From positions 96,001 to 160,000 of the forward strand of contig JBMNIH010000004.1 of NCBI GenBank assembly GCA_050950825.1: a stretch of 64,000 nucleotides of DNA, in the 5' to 3' direction. The DNA is from Clostridia bacterium (GTDB lineage: Bacteria > Bacillota > Clostridia > JAAYHZ01). Made by a program: the position numbers and the translations under genes. This document shows, piece by piece, positions 39,571 to 50,078 of this stretch. Below the pieces are notes generated by a model. The model did no database searches. It worked only from the letters and a program-made list of their open reading frames with translations, and had not been told where the DNA came from. Position 1 is the stretch's first letter. Every line of letters begins with the position of its first letter.

Positions 39571-40628
39571 CTATATCTTACCATCAAATTTCGATTTATA
39601 CAGGTCAAAATGAATATATTGTGAAATAGACAAAGTATTTCGTTGAAAAAGTATAGAAACAAAGAAATAATATTCTTCGGCGGATACCGGGCTCAGTCGA
39701 TACTTGTCCGCTTGGGCATGATACATGGCCGCATATTTTCCGTTTAAAGCCATAAGCTCCTCGTGGATTCCTTGTTCAACGATTCTGCCCGATTCGAACA
39801 TATAGATTTCATCGACGAACCGAGTGGTGGAAAGCCTGTGGGAAATAAAGATCACCGTTTTGTCCGCGGCGTATTCAAAGATGTTTTTATTCACCTCGTA
39901 TTCCGCTATGGGGTCTCAGGCTGTCGACAATATCGATTCCGATAATTTTTTAAGATATTTCTTCGACAGGGATATGATTTGGTTGTAGCTCTCTTCGTGA
40001 TTATGCAGCATCACCTTCTTTACATTCGTAATCTTCAAAGACTCTCTTTACGTAATCCGCCCTGTGGTGGTGGTAGGTCGTTTCTTTATCCGGATCGTAA
40101 TACAACCGGTTTCTCTTTTTGCCCAAATAGAACATGTTGAACAAGGGGATGAGGGAAAAGATCAAAACGTAAGGATCGATGGAAAGAATAATCAGCAAAG
40201 TGTAAATGGCCGCGGCGATGCTTCCTATTAACCCGGATATATTTTGAATCACGTCGTTGGTCCTTGTTTTCGTCTCCTCCAAGGCTCGGGTATACGAATC
40301 GTAAAAGTTTGGCCGGTCATACTTTTCAAGCTCCACCTCCGCCGCTTTATCAATAACCCGGCCGTATATGTACCCGAATATTTTCGGCTCCGCTTGTGCA
40401 TGTAATAATAGTTGTGAAAGGCGGATACGGCATGAAGGGTAATGTGCCCCAAGCAACCGAATGTGACCATGATGAACACATTTTTAAAGGGGAGATTCTG
40501 CTCGATGCAGGTGTATATGTATTTGATCATGTAAATGAAAAAGAATACATAGAACACCCTTGAAAATACCGATAAACCGATTTCTACAAAAATATGAAAG
40601 GGGATTGCTTTCGATTCTTATCTGTCAT
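39571..40628 (-). pseudogene. Decayed ABC exporter (fused permease/ATPase) with frameshifts and a large internal deletion
   Basis: TMD fragments in several frames (VFSRVFYVFF.., ELEKYDRPNFYD.., VMLHNHEESY..) joined to NBD tail DPIAEYE..IFISHRLSTT..GKYAAMY; Walker A, signature and Walker B missing. Confidence 0.85.
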
Positions 40629-40860
40629 TGCCACACCTTATTATACATATATTTTAATTTAGGAAACATATTACAATATGCTAATTATAGCAGTAAGATG
40701 TAAAGAAAGATTAATTATATTAATAAAGTAACATATTTATCATTTTCCCTCTAAAAATGGATATAAAGAATATTCGGCAGCGATAAGCCGAAAGCTCCGT
40801 AAATCCGGTATAATGTTGAAAAGATAGTAGGATCCGTTCCGGAGCGAACGAGATCAAAAG

Positions 40861-42258
40861 GTGGTGACGTTCTTGTCAGACAAACCGAACATTATTCTCA
40901 TCAATTGCGACGATTTAGGATACGGAGACTTAGGCTGCTACGGATCCGTTGTCAACAAAACCCCACATATCGATTCCTTAGCGGAAGAAGGCATCCTGTT
41001 TACCGACTTTTATTCCGCGTCCCCGGTCTGCTCTCCTTCTCGAGGAGCGCTGATGACCGGATGCTACCCTAAAAGGATCGGATTCGAAGACTTTGACGGC
41101 GGTGTCGTCTTGTTTCCCGGGCACGGGATCGGGCTCAACCCGACGGAATTTACGATTCCGAAGATGCTGAGGCAAATCGGGTATACGTCCATGATTATCG
41201 GCAAATGGCACTGCGGCGATCAAGAAGAATTCTTGCCCCTCCAATACGGGTTTGATCGCTATTACGGCTTGCCCTACAGCAACGACATGGGCAGGCAAAA
41301 AAGAACATTCGGAACACAGGAAGAGCTTGACAAACGTTATCCGCCCCTTCCTCTTTTGTACAACGACAAGGTGATTCAAGAGCAGCCGGACCAAGCGGCT
41401 TTGATCGAACGGTATGTCGAACATGCCGTTATGTTTATCAGGGAAAACAAGGAGAATCCCTTTTTCCTGTACTTTGCTCCCTTGCAGGTCCATCTTCCTT
41501 TGTATGCTCCGAAGCGTTTCTTAGACGAGTCCGTAAACGGCGATTACGGCGCTTGTGTTGCCGCCGTGGACTGGGCCTTAGGAGCGTTGGTCCACGAGCT
41601 GAAGGCGCATGGACTTTACGAAAACACCCTTTTGGTTTTTACATCGGATAACGGTGCTCGCGGGGATTACGGCGGGTCTAACGGGCCCTTGCGAGGTCGC
41701 AAAGGCAACACCTACGAAGGGGGAATGCGGGTTCCCTGTATTATGACCTGGAAAAACAAGATCAAGGGCGGCCGAAAATGCTCCCGGATCGCATCGAATA
41801 TCGATTTTCTTGCAACCTTTGCATCCCTATGCGGCGGAGAGCTGCCGGAGGATCGGATTATTGACAGTACGGATTTGACGCCTTTATTGTTTGATACGAA
41901 AGCGAAGGATTTCATGAGGCAATCCATGCCGTATTATTCGCGCGGCAGCTTGGAAGCGGTGAGAGTAGGGAAGTGGAAGCTGCATTTTCGTAAAGGCGAA
42001 AGCATCATAAACGAGCTTTACAATTTGGAAGAAGATATGGGTGAAAAGAACAATTGCTACGACCGATACCCGGATGTCGTGGAACGTCTGCGGTCCTTTG
42101 CAGGGAAATGCATCAAGGATTTAGGAGATGCGGCAAGCGGTATTCCGGGAGAAAACGTTCGTGAAATCGGCAGGGTACCGAATCCGAAAATGCTGACGAC
42201 ATACGACCCGAACCACCCGTACATCATTGCTTTGTATGACAAAACGGAAACCGGCTAA
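40861..42258 (+). CDS. Arylsulfatase (Cys-type, formylglycine-dependent)
   Basis: PNIILINCDDLG, CSPSRGALMTG, GKWH, FTSDNG, YEGGMRVP; start may be TTG 40873. Confidence 0.95.
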   Translation: MVTFLSDKPNIILINCDDLGYGDLGCYGSVVNKTPHIDSLAEEGILFTDFYSASPVCSPSRGALMTGCYPKRIGFEDFDGGVVLFPGHGIGLNPTEFTIPKMLRQIGYTSMIIGKWHCGDQEEFLPLQYGFDRYYGLPYSNDMGRQKRTFGTQEELDKRYPPLPLLYNDKVIQEQPDQAALIERYVEHAVMFIRENKENPFFLYFAPLQVHLPLYAPKRFLDESVNGDYGACVAAVDWALGALVHELKAHGLYENTLLVFTSDNGARGDYGGSNGPLRGRKGNTYEGGMRVPCIMTWKNKIKGGRKCSRIASNIDFLATFASLCGGELPEDRIIDSTDLTPLLFDTKAKDFMRQSMPYYSRGSLEAVRVGKWKLHFRKGESIINELYNLEEDMGEKNNCYDRYPDVVERLRSFAGKCIKDLGDAASGIPGENVREIGRVPNPKMLTTYDPNHPYIIALYDKTETG

Positions 42259-42297
42259 CGGAATACGAGCAATACCGAAAGAAAAGGAGAGGAAAAG

Positions 42298-43593
42298 ATG
42301 AATCATAAAAAAACCATTCGCCCCGAAAAAGTGATCCAATTCGGCGAAGGCGCTTTTTTAAGAGGATTTGCGGACTGGATGCTGCAGCATATTAACGAGA
42401 CGAGCGATTTTAACGGAAGCGCGGTTGTCGTGCAGCCCATAGAAACGGGTATGTGCGATAGGCTCATGGCCCAAGACTGCGTTTACACCCACATTATCCG
42501 GGGAAAAGAAGGTACGGAAGCCAAAATCATCGACGTCATATCACGATGTATCAATCCGTATAAAGAATACAACGAATATTTAAGGCTTGCGGAAAATCCG
42601 AAAATTCGCTACGTCATATCCAACACCACGGAAGCCGGAATCGCCTACCGAAAGGGAGACCTTCTTTCGGATGCGCCTCCCGTATCCTTTCCCGCAAAGG
42701 TAGCCGCTCTTTTGTATCGACGCTACGAACGGGGGCTTGACGGATTCGTATTCCTTCCCTGCGAGCTGATCGATAAAAACGGACAAGAGTTAAAGAAAAT
42801 CATATTGCAGTATGCCGAGGATTGGAATTTAGGCGAAGGATTTTTAAATTGGGTGGAGGACAAAAACGTTTTTTGCAATACCTTGGTCGACCGAATTGTC
42901 ACGGGATACCCCAAGGACGAAAGCATTGATCTCGGATACACGGACAACATGCTGAATACAAGCGAATACTATCACCTTTGGGTTATAGAAGGACCGAAAT
43001 TCATCGGAGAAGAAATACCCTTTAAAAAAGCGGGGCTGAACGTGATCTTTACGGACAATTTGGCCATGTACCGGACACGAAAGGTACGAATACTGAACGG
43101 TGCCCACACCGCCATGGTTCCTTACGCCATGCTGAAGGGATTTGAAACGGTCAAGGCTTGTGTGGACGATGAAGAAATGAGTAAGTTTATTCGAAATTGC
43201 ATCTTCGACGAAATCATTCCCACCTTGGATTTGCCAAAGGAAGAGCTTATCGAATACGCGGAAAAGGTGCTGGAGCGTTTCGTCAACCCGTATATACGGC
43301 ACAGGCTTTCCTCCATTGCCTTAAATTCCGTGAGCAAGTTTAAGGTAAGGGTGCTGCCTTCCATATTGGAGTATATAAAAAGAAAGGGATGCATGCCCGA
43401 ATATTTGCTGATGGCATTTGCAAGCCTGATACGGTTCTACAAAACCCCCATGGCTAACGACGATCCGGACGTTTTGGACTTTATGAAGAAGGCATCCGTA
43501 AAAGAGATATTAGCCAACGAGTCCCTGTGGGATTCGGATTGTTCATTTTTAGCGGAAGAGGTAATCCGGTATGAAAATCAATTGTTTGGATAA
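42298..43593 (+). CDS. uxaB: Tagaturonate reductase (altronate oxidoreductase)
   Basis: IQFGEGAFLRGF, SNTTEAGI, LVDRIV, RKVRILNGAH. Confidence 0.93.
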   Translation: MNHKKTIRPEKVIQFGEGAFLRGFADWMLQHINETSDFNGSAVVVQPIETGMCDRLMAQDCVYTHIIRGKEGTEAKIIDVISRCINPYKEYNEYLRLAENPKIRYVISNTTEAGIAYRKGDLLSDAPPVSFPAKVAALLYRRYERGLDGFVFLPCELIDKNGQELKKIILQYAEDWNLGEGFLNWVEDKNVFCNTLVDRIVTGYPKDESIDLGYTDNMLNTSEYYHLWVIEGPKFIGEEIPFKKAGLNVIFTDNLAMYRTRKVRILNGAHTAMVPYAMLKGFETVKACVDDEEMSKFIRNCIFDEIIPTLDLPKEELIEYAEKVLERFVNPYIRHRLSSIALNSVSKFKVRVLPSILEYIKRKGCMPEYLLMAFASLIRFYKTPMANDDPDVLDFMKKASVKEILANESLWDSDCSFLAEEVIRYENQLFG

Positions 43594-44941
43594 TGTGGTC
43601 ATAAACCTTGAAAACGGACATAAATACGCCGATCGTGACATTCAAAAAGGGGAAAGCATCATCAAGTACGGCTTTCCCATCGGCGTTGCAACGAAGGATA
43701 TAAAAAAGGGAGAGCATGTCCACGTTCATAATGTGAAAACACGCTTGGAAGGCTTTTTGGAATACGAATACAATCCTTCCTTTTACCCGCTGCCGGAGCC
43801 GAAAGACGATGTTACGTTTTTAGGTTATATAAGAGAAAACGGCGATGTGGGTATTCGAAACGATGTATGGATCGTCAACACGGTCGGGTGCGTAAACAAA
43901 ACCGCACAAAGGCTAAGCGAGCTTACGGGAGCCTTGTACTTTCCCCATCCTTACGGCTGCTCCCAGATGGGAGACGACCAAAGTCTCACCCAAACGATAT
44001 TAAAGGGGCTGGTGAACCACCCGAATGCCGCCGGTGTTTTGGTCTTAGGCTTAGGCTGCGAAAACAACCACATCGGAGCATTCAAAAAGGTATTAGGAGA
44101 TTACGACGAAAGAAGAGTGAAGTTTTTAAATGCGCAGGATTTTTCCGATGAGACGGAAGAAGGCGTAAAACAAATACGGCAGCTTCAGGAATATGCCGCG
44201 GCATTTAAAAGGACTCCCGTTCCGGTGAGCCGATTAAAATTGGGCTTAAAATGCGGCGGAAGCGACGGCTTCAGCGGAATCACCGCCAATCCTCTTGTAG
44301 GCAGGGTATCGGATAAGCTGATTTCTTACGGGGGAAGCTGCGCGTTAACGGAAGTGCCGGAAATGTTCGGTGCGGAGCAAATCCTGATGAATCGATGTGA
44401 AAGCAAAGAGGTTTTTGAGAAAACGGTCAAGCTCATTAACGATTTTAAAGAATATTTTATCCGTCACAACCAAGTCATTTACGAGAATCCGTCTCCGGGC
44501 AACAAGGAGGGAGGCATTACCACCTTGGAGGAAAAATCCTTAGGCTGCGTACAAAAAGGCGGCCTTTCCGCGGTGACGGACGTTTTGGATTACGGCGATA
44601 CCGTAACCAAAAGAGGTCTTTCCTTACTGAACGGTCCGGGGAACGACCTTGTGGCCATAACCAACCTGACGGCGGCGGGGGTACATATGATCCTGTTTAC
44701 CACGGGCAGAGGCACCCCGGTAGGCGCGCCGGTGCCTACGATCAAAATTTCCACCAACAAGGAATTGGCCTTGCGTAAAGCGAATTGGATCGATTTTGAT
44801 GCAAGCCCCGTACTCGAGGGAAAACCTCTTACGGAGGAGCTGTTCGAATATATCTTAAAGGTGGCAAACGGAGCTCAAACGAAAAACGAAATCAACGGGT
44901 ACCGTGAGATCGCCGTGTTTAAAGACGGTGTCACGCTGTAA
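43571..44941 (+). CDS. uxaA: Altronate dehydratase
   Basis: SAF domain (GHKYA, KYG, HVHN), HPYGCSQ, KCGGSD, NPSPGN, FTTGRG. Confidence 0.93.
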   Translation: MKINCLDNVVINLENGHKYADRDIQKGESIIKYGFPIGVATKDIKKGEHVHVHNVKTRLEGFLEYEYNPSFYPLPEPKDDVTFLGYIRENGDVGIRNDVWIVNTVGCVNKTAQRLSELTGALYFPHPYGCSQMGDDQSLTQTILKGLVNHPNAAGVLVLGLGCENNHIGAFKKVLGDYDERRVKFLNAQDFSDETEEGVKQIRQLQEYAAAFKRTPVPVSRLKLGLKCGGSDGFSGITANPLVGRVSDKLISYGGSCALTEVPEMFGAEQILMNRCESKEVFEKTVKLINDFKEYFIRHNQVIYENPSPGNKEGGITTLEEKSLGCVQKGGLSAVTDVLDYGDTVTKRGLSLLNGPGNDLVAITNLTAAGVHMILFTTGRGTPVGAPVPTIKISTNKELALRKANWIDFDASPVLEGKPLTEELFEYILKVANGAQTKNEINGYREIAVFKDGVTL

Positions 44942-44966
44942 GGAAAGACGAAAAAACGCAAAATGA

Positions 44967-44995
44967 AAAAAATCCTGATCTTATCAGGATTTTTT
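44967..44995. terminator. Bidirectional terminator
   Basis: AAAAAATCCTGAT-CTT-ATCAGGATTTTTT. Confidence 0.75.
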
Positions 44996-45000
44996 ATACC

Positions 45001-46155
45001 CTAGCAATACAAATGATACTTTTCCTTTAATCGTCGGAATGCTTCAAGCTCTTCTTCAAATTGCTTTATCATGGTCTTGTAGTCCGTGTTCCGTAAGCGA
45101 ATGATGTCCGTTCCCGCAAGGCGGTCGAAGGGAGGAGGACTTCCTTCCTTGTAGGGCGGAAGAAAGGCAAAGTGTTCTTTGTATCGATCCATGAGGGTGT
45201 AAATCAGCTTCACTCCGATTTCAAAGGCCTTTACCTTTTTGTGATCCGTTATATGGATCTGTACGCCGCCGCACAATTGGCCTTGGTATTTGGAGAAGAC
45301 AGGCGTAAAATAGGCGGGGCGAAACAATGCACCGTCAAAGCCGTAATCGTTCAAGATGCGGGATAAATCGTAAGGGTCAATCCACGGTGCGCCAATAAGC
45401 TCAAAGGGCTTGGTTGTGCCGCGGCCTTCCGAAACGTTGGTGCCCTCCAACAGGCAGGTACCGATGTAAATAAGGGCGGTTTCAAAGGTAGGAATATTGG
45501 GGCTGGGGCTTACCCATAGCAAATCCGTTTCGTTAAAAGCGAGGCTTCGGCTCCAGCCTTCTACGGGGACAACCTCCAAGTCGCAACGGATTCCGAATTC
45601 ATTGTTGAAAAGACAAGCCAATTCTCCAACGGTTAACCCGTGCCGTACCGGAATGGGGTATCTTCCTACAAAGGAAGAGTTTTTCGCATCCAAAACGTTC
45701 CCATCCAACAGTACACCTCCTAAGGGATTGATTCGGTCAAGCACGACGAAGGGAATACCGAGCTTAGCACATCCCTCCATGGCATACGCCATGGTGTAGA
45801 TATAGGTGTAATATCTTGCTCCGATATCTTGAATATCGAAAACCATAAGGTCAATCCCTTCCAACATTTCGGCCGTGGGCTTTCTTGTATTACCGTACAG
45901 GCTGTAGACGGGAAGAGATGTTTTCGAATCCGTATAGGTTTCCACGGCACTTCCTGCCTGCACGTTTCCCCGCACGCCGTGCTCCGGGGAAAACAATGCC
46001 TTAAGACCGTATTTTTCGTTTAATATGTCTACGGTAGATTGAAGCTTTTTGTCGACACCTGTCGGGTTTGTTATGAGGCCGATGTTTTTGCCTTGAAACC
46101 GGTGATCGTATCGATCGATGACATCGATACCGTTGTATACCGAAACCTTGCTCAT
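45001..46155 (-). CDS. namZ: Exo-beta-N-acetylmuramidase NamZ (DUF1343)
   Basis: ITNPTG, FSPEHG, SLYG, DIQDIGARYYTY, PSPN, SEGRGT. Confidence 0.93.
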   Translation of the reverse strand: MSKVSVYNGIDVIDRYDHRFQGKNIGLITNPTGVDKKLQSTVDILNEKYGLKALFSPEHGVRGNVQAGSAVETYTDSKTSLPVYSLYGNTRKPTAEMLEGIDLMVFDIQDIGARYYTYIYTMAYAMEGCAKLGIPFVVLDRINPLGGVLLDGNVLDAKNSSFVGRYPIPVRHGLTVGELACLFNNEFGIRCDLEVVPVEGWSRSLAFNETDLLWVSPSPNIPTFETALIYIGTCLLEGTNVSEGRGTTKPFELIGAPWIDPYDLSRILNDYGFDGALFRPAYFTPVFSKYQGQLCGGVQIHITDHKKVKAFEIGVKLIYTLMDRYKEHFAFLPPYKEGSPPPFDRLAGTDIIRLRNTDYKTMIKQFEEELEAFRRLKEKYHLYC

Positions 46156-46174
46156 GATATTTTCCTTTCCTTTT

Positions 46175-47263
46175 TTATTTTTCTAAAGCTGCAAAGATCA
46201 TGTTGTGTAGAAGTCTTCGGAATCGAATGATTTTGGTATTTTCCCTTCCGTAGTGGACGCGATTGGTCAAGCAAATGACGTATACGCCGTAATGAGGGTC
46301 CACCCATAAGGAGGTTCCGGTAAATCCGGTATGGCCGTATGAGCCTACCGAGGTAAGCTCCCCTCCCGCACCGGCATAAGAATCCGTTCCCGGCACTCGG
46401 TCGGTTTTTACGGACCAACCGATTCCTCGATCTTCGTTTAAATGTCTTGTATAATTTCTTGTCATGGTGGAAACGGCAGACTCGGACAAAATTCTCGTTC
46501 CGTTGATTTTCCCTTTGGACAACAGCATAACGGCATATTTTCGAATGTCTTCGGCATTGGAAAAAAGCCCGGCATGACCGGATACGCCTCCGAAAAATCG
46601 GGCGTTTTCGTCATGAACGACCCCGTTGATGTATTCCGTTGAGGTAGGCTTTTTTTCGGTGGACGCGGTATTGTCCGACTCGGGATTAAAAAAGGTCTGC
46701 TCCATGCCCATCGGTTCGTACAAATATTTTTTACACAGGTTATCCAAGGTATCGCCCCCTGCAATCTCCAATATGCGGCCTGCGAGGATAAACCCTAAAT
46801 CGCTGTAGATGACTTGCTCTCCCGTCGGGTGGCAAACCCCTTCTTTTGAGATAAGGTCGAAGGCCTCTTCGGAGCTTTTACAGTGTTTATAAAGAGGAAT
46901 GTATGACGCAAGACCGGCGGTATGGGTTAACAAATGGCCGATTCGGATGTCCTTTGTGTGATCGGCTGAAAATTGCGGAAGATAGTCGGAAACCTTATCT
47001 CCCAAGCTTAGGATCCCTTTATCCGTAAGCACCATGGCCAAGGGAGCGGTGGCCGAAACCTTGGTAAGGGACGCCAAATCGAATAAGGTGTCTTTATCCA
47101 AAGGCGCGGCATCCGGATACACCCGCTTGTTCCCCGTTCGATATTCAAACAGTATCGTATCCTTTGTGCCTGCCAAAACGGAAGCGCAAGGAAAGGCTCC
47201 GGCGGATACGGCGTCGTCGATGAGTTTTTTTATGGCTTCTTGTTGTTCCAAAGAGATGATCAT
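46175..47263 (-). CDS. Serine hydrolase, beta-lactamase/PBP fold (AmiE-like)
   Basis: SxxK (ASLTK), LLTHTAG, YSD, GHTGFTG; SD AAGGAG before ATG 47263. Confidence 0.9.
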   Translation of the reverse strand: MIISLEQQEAIKKLIDDAVSAGAFPCASVLAGTKDTILFEYRTGNKRVYPDAAPLDKDTLFDLASLTKVSATAPLAMVLTDKGILSLGDKVSDYLPQFSADHTKDIRIGHLLTHTAGLASYIPLYKHCKSSEEAFDLISKEGVCHPTGEQVIYSDLGFILAGRILEIAGGDTLDNLCKKYLYEPMGMEQTFFNPESDNTASTEKKPTSTEYINGVVHDENARFFGGVSGHAGLFSNAEDIRKYAVMLLSKGKINGTRILSESAVSTMTRNYTRHLNEDRGIGWSVKTDRVPGTDSYAGAGGELTSVGSYGHTGFTGTSLWVDPHYGVYVICLTNRVHYGRENTKIIRFRRLLHNMIFAALEK

Positions 47264-47473
47264 ACCGAAATTCTCCTTCATTTGGCGTATGTTATCACGA
47301 TGATTTTTCATAAATATATGAACCGATTCCATTATAGCACGGACCGATGGAAGAAAATATGGAATTGATTTCGTAAACAGTCAACGGGACGGATAAAGGG
47401 GTGAAAAATACCGAACAATAGGATATAATTTACTCGCATTTTGCAAAAGAATACGGATAAAGAAGGAAGGCTT

Positions 47474-48457
47474 ATGAAAAAAGTAATCATCGTGTTTACC
47501 GGCGGAACCATTGCCATGAAGATTGATAATAAGACCCATGCAAATGTTTTGGCTATGTCCGGAGAAGATATTTTAAACATGGTGCCGGATCTTCAAAATT
47601 TGGCAAAGATACGTTATCATAATTTCAGTTTCGTTCCGGGGCCTCATATGACACCGGAAATGATGTTTGAGCTTTCGAGATTCATAAAGAAAAAACTGGA
47701 CGACGAAGGCTTTGACTGCGCCGTCGTTACCCACGGTACCGATACATTGGAAGAAACGGCCTATTTGGTGGATCTTACTACCCGCACAAGGAAGCCCATC
47801 ATCTTTATGGGTTCCATGAAAAGCAGCTCGGAATTGGGCTGGGACGGTCCCGCGAATTTGGTGGACTCCGTTTATACCGCCATATCCGACGAAGCCTATG
47901 ACAGAGGTGTTTTAGTGGTCATGAATAATGAAATCCATACCGCTGCTCAAGTGACCAAAACCAATACTCACTCCTTGGATACCTTCAAAAGCCCCGACTT
48001 TGGTCCCATCGGTTTTATCGACAACAACAAAGCCTACTTTTATCATCGGTACACCAAATGGCAATATATCGACACCGAGACAATCGACCCTAATGTGGAT
48101 CTGATCAAAACCGCCTGCGGCATGGACGACCGCCTGATTCGATTCTGCGTGGATTCCGGAACCCACGGCTTGGTTATCGAGGGAATGGGAAGGGGAAACA
48201 TACCTCCTAAGATGGTTCCCGGTATCGAATATGCTTTGGACAAAGGGATACCGGTGGTTTTGGTCTCCCGCTGCCACAACGGGAAAGTATTGGACAGCTA
48301 CGGCTACCCCGGTGCGGGTAAAGAGCTGACGGAAAAAGGGGTTATCTTAGGAGACAATTTAAACGGCCAAAAAGCAAGAATTAAGCTGATGGTAGCTTTG
48401 GGTGCCACAAGGGACATGAAAAGAATCAAGGACATTTTTGAAAAGAATTATTACTAA
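47474..48457 (+). CDS. L-asparaginase
   Basis: FTGGTI, VTHGTDTLEETA, GRGN, QKARIKL. Confidence 0.95.
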   Translation: MKKVIIVFTGGTIAMKIDNKTHANVLAMSGEDILNMVPDLQNLAKIRYHNFSFVPGPHMTPEMMFELSRFIKKKLDDEGFDCAVVTHGTDTLEETAYLVDLTTRTRKPIIFMGSMKSSSELGWDGPANLVDSVYTAISDEAYDRGVLVVMNNEIHTAAQVTKTNTHSLDTFKSPDFGPIGFIDNNKAYFYHRYTKWQYIDTETIDPNVDLIKTACGMDDRLIRFCVDSGTHGLVIEGMGRGNIPPKMVPGIEYALDKGIPVVLVSRCHNGKVLDSYGYPGAGKELTEKGVILGDNLNGQKARIKLMVALGATRDMKRIKDIFEKNYY

Positions 48458-48474
48458 TTCACCGGGAGGAGCAT

Positions 48475-48745
48475 ATGAGGGAAAACATTTATCAAAATTC
48501 CGCATGGCTTTATGCTTTGGACAACGAAGGCTTATGTATACCCTCAATACATATTTAAAGTAACGGATCCTAGCGGGCAAATGACGACGATTATCGAAGA
48601 GTTCAAGCTTAAATATTATTACAAGCATCAAATCGAATCCGCCGTATTGCAATCGGGATTGAAGATTAAAGATATCTTTGGAAGCTTTGACAAAGCGCCC
48701 TTTTATGAAAACGGCAAGGAGAATCTTCTTGTATGCAAAAAATGA
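48475..48745 (+). pseudogene. Internally deleted class I SAM methyltransferase remnant
   Basis: SD GGAGG then MRENIYQNSAWLYALDN.. stops after 27 codons; a different frame carries a typical C-terminus (EEFKLKYY..GLKIKDIFGSFD..LVCKK); no SAM-binding motif left. Confidence 0.55.
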
Positions 48746-48845
48746 TGTTTCGCGATTTTTATTAGGGAAATTTACTTGTACTTATGTATAATAATGTTGG
48801 GTGCGGAATTTACTTTCTTAAAAATCTCCTACGGAGGTAAAAGCG

Positions 48846-50078
48846 ATGAGTGATCAAGAAAAATTGGCCATTTACGGGGGGACACCCGTTCGACAAAAAC
48901 CGATGCCGGCAAGAAAGCCCTTCGGCGAAGAGGAAATTCGCGAGGTAACCGAAGCGATTTTGACCCAGAATCTATTCTATACGAAGGGAAATAAAACGAC
49001 GCAATTTGAAGCGGAATTCGCTCAAAAGTACGGTGTAAAGTACGCCATAACCTGTTCATCGGGAACGGCAGCGGTTCACATGGCGATTGCCGCATTGGAT
49101 GCCAACCCGGGTGACGAGGTAATAACGGCACCGGTTACCGATTTCGGAACCATTGCAGGTCTTTTGTTCCAAGGCATTATTCCGGTATTTGCCGATTGGA
49201 AGGAAAACACGTTTACGATGGACCCCGAAGATATCGAGCGTAAAATAACGGATCGAACCAAAGCCATCATTGTCGTTCATCTTTTCGGAAATCCGTGCGA
49301 TATGGACCGTATTATGGATATCGCCGACAGGCACGGATTAAAAGTTATTGAAGATTGCTGCCAAGCATACTTTACCTACTATAAAGGAAGGTTAGCCGGT
49401 ACCATCGGTGATATGGGCTGTTTCTCCATGCAGCAGAGCAAACACCTGACTGCCGGTGAAGGAGGAATCGTCATCACGAACAGGGACGATTTGGCCATGC
49501 GCGCCTCCTTATTCAGAGACAAGGGATGGGAAAATCGCCACCAATGGGGTCCAAGATCCTATTCGTTCTTAGGCTTAAACTATCGAATGAACGATTTGTC
49601 CGGAGCGGTCGCTCTCGCCCAGCTTAAAAAGACGGAGAATGTCGTTAACACCATGAACAGACTCGGAGACCTTTTGACCGAACGGATAAAGGATGTCCCG
49701 GGAATTGTCGCCGCCCCGGTTACCGAAGGAGCCAAGCACTCATATTGGCAGTATCCGATTAAGTTCATAGAATACGATGCCGTTCAATTCGTGAAGGCAT
49801 TGGTGGCGGAGGGTATTCCTTTTTGGTGGGGATACACCGTGGATCCCATTTATTTGTGTACGGATGCTTTGACCGAAAAGAGAACCTTCGGCAGCTCCTC
49901 TTATCCTTTCAGCTTACGGGACCAACCGATCGAGTACAAAAGGGGATTATGTCCCGTTGCGGAAGCCGAGCTTCGCTCCATCGGCGTTATGCGTATTTAC
50001 GAGAATTGGACCGAAGAAGATATTCAAGACGTAGCCAAGGCAATTCATAAAGTAGCGAAAGGATTAAAAAATGAGTAA
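48846..50078 (+). CDS. DegT/DnrJ/EryC1/StrS-family PLP aminotransferase
   Basis: SSGTAA, VHLFG, IEDCCQA, FSMQQSKHLTAGEGG, GLNYRM. Confidence 0.95.
   Translation: MSDQEKLAIYGGTPVRQKPMPARKPFGEEEIREVTEAILTQNLFYTKGNKTTQFEAEFAQKYGVKYAITCSSGTAAVHMAIAALDANPGDEVITAPVTDFGTIAGLLFQGIIPVFADWKENTFTMDPEDIERKITDRTKAIIVVHLFGNPCDMDRIMDIADRHGLKVIEDCCQAYFTYYKGRLAGTIGDMGCFSMQQSKHLTAGEGGIVITNRDDLAMRASLFRDKGWENRHQWGPRSYSFLGLNYRMNDLSGAVALAQLKKTENVVNTMNRLGDLLTERIKDVPGIVAAPVTEGAKHSYWQYPIKFIEYDAVQFVKALVAEGIPFWWGYTVDPIYLCTDALTEKRTFGSSSYPFSLRDQPIEYKRGLCPVAEAELRSIGVMRIYENWTEEDIQDVAKAIHKVAKGLKNE

Noticed and set aside
46175-47263. Beta-lactamase resistance gene
   Set aside because: YSD and HTG motifs, no signal peptide and linkage to namZ fit an AmiE/esterase-like hydrolase
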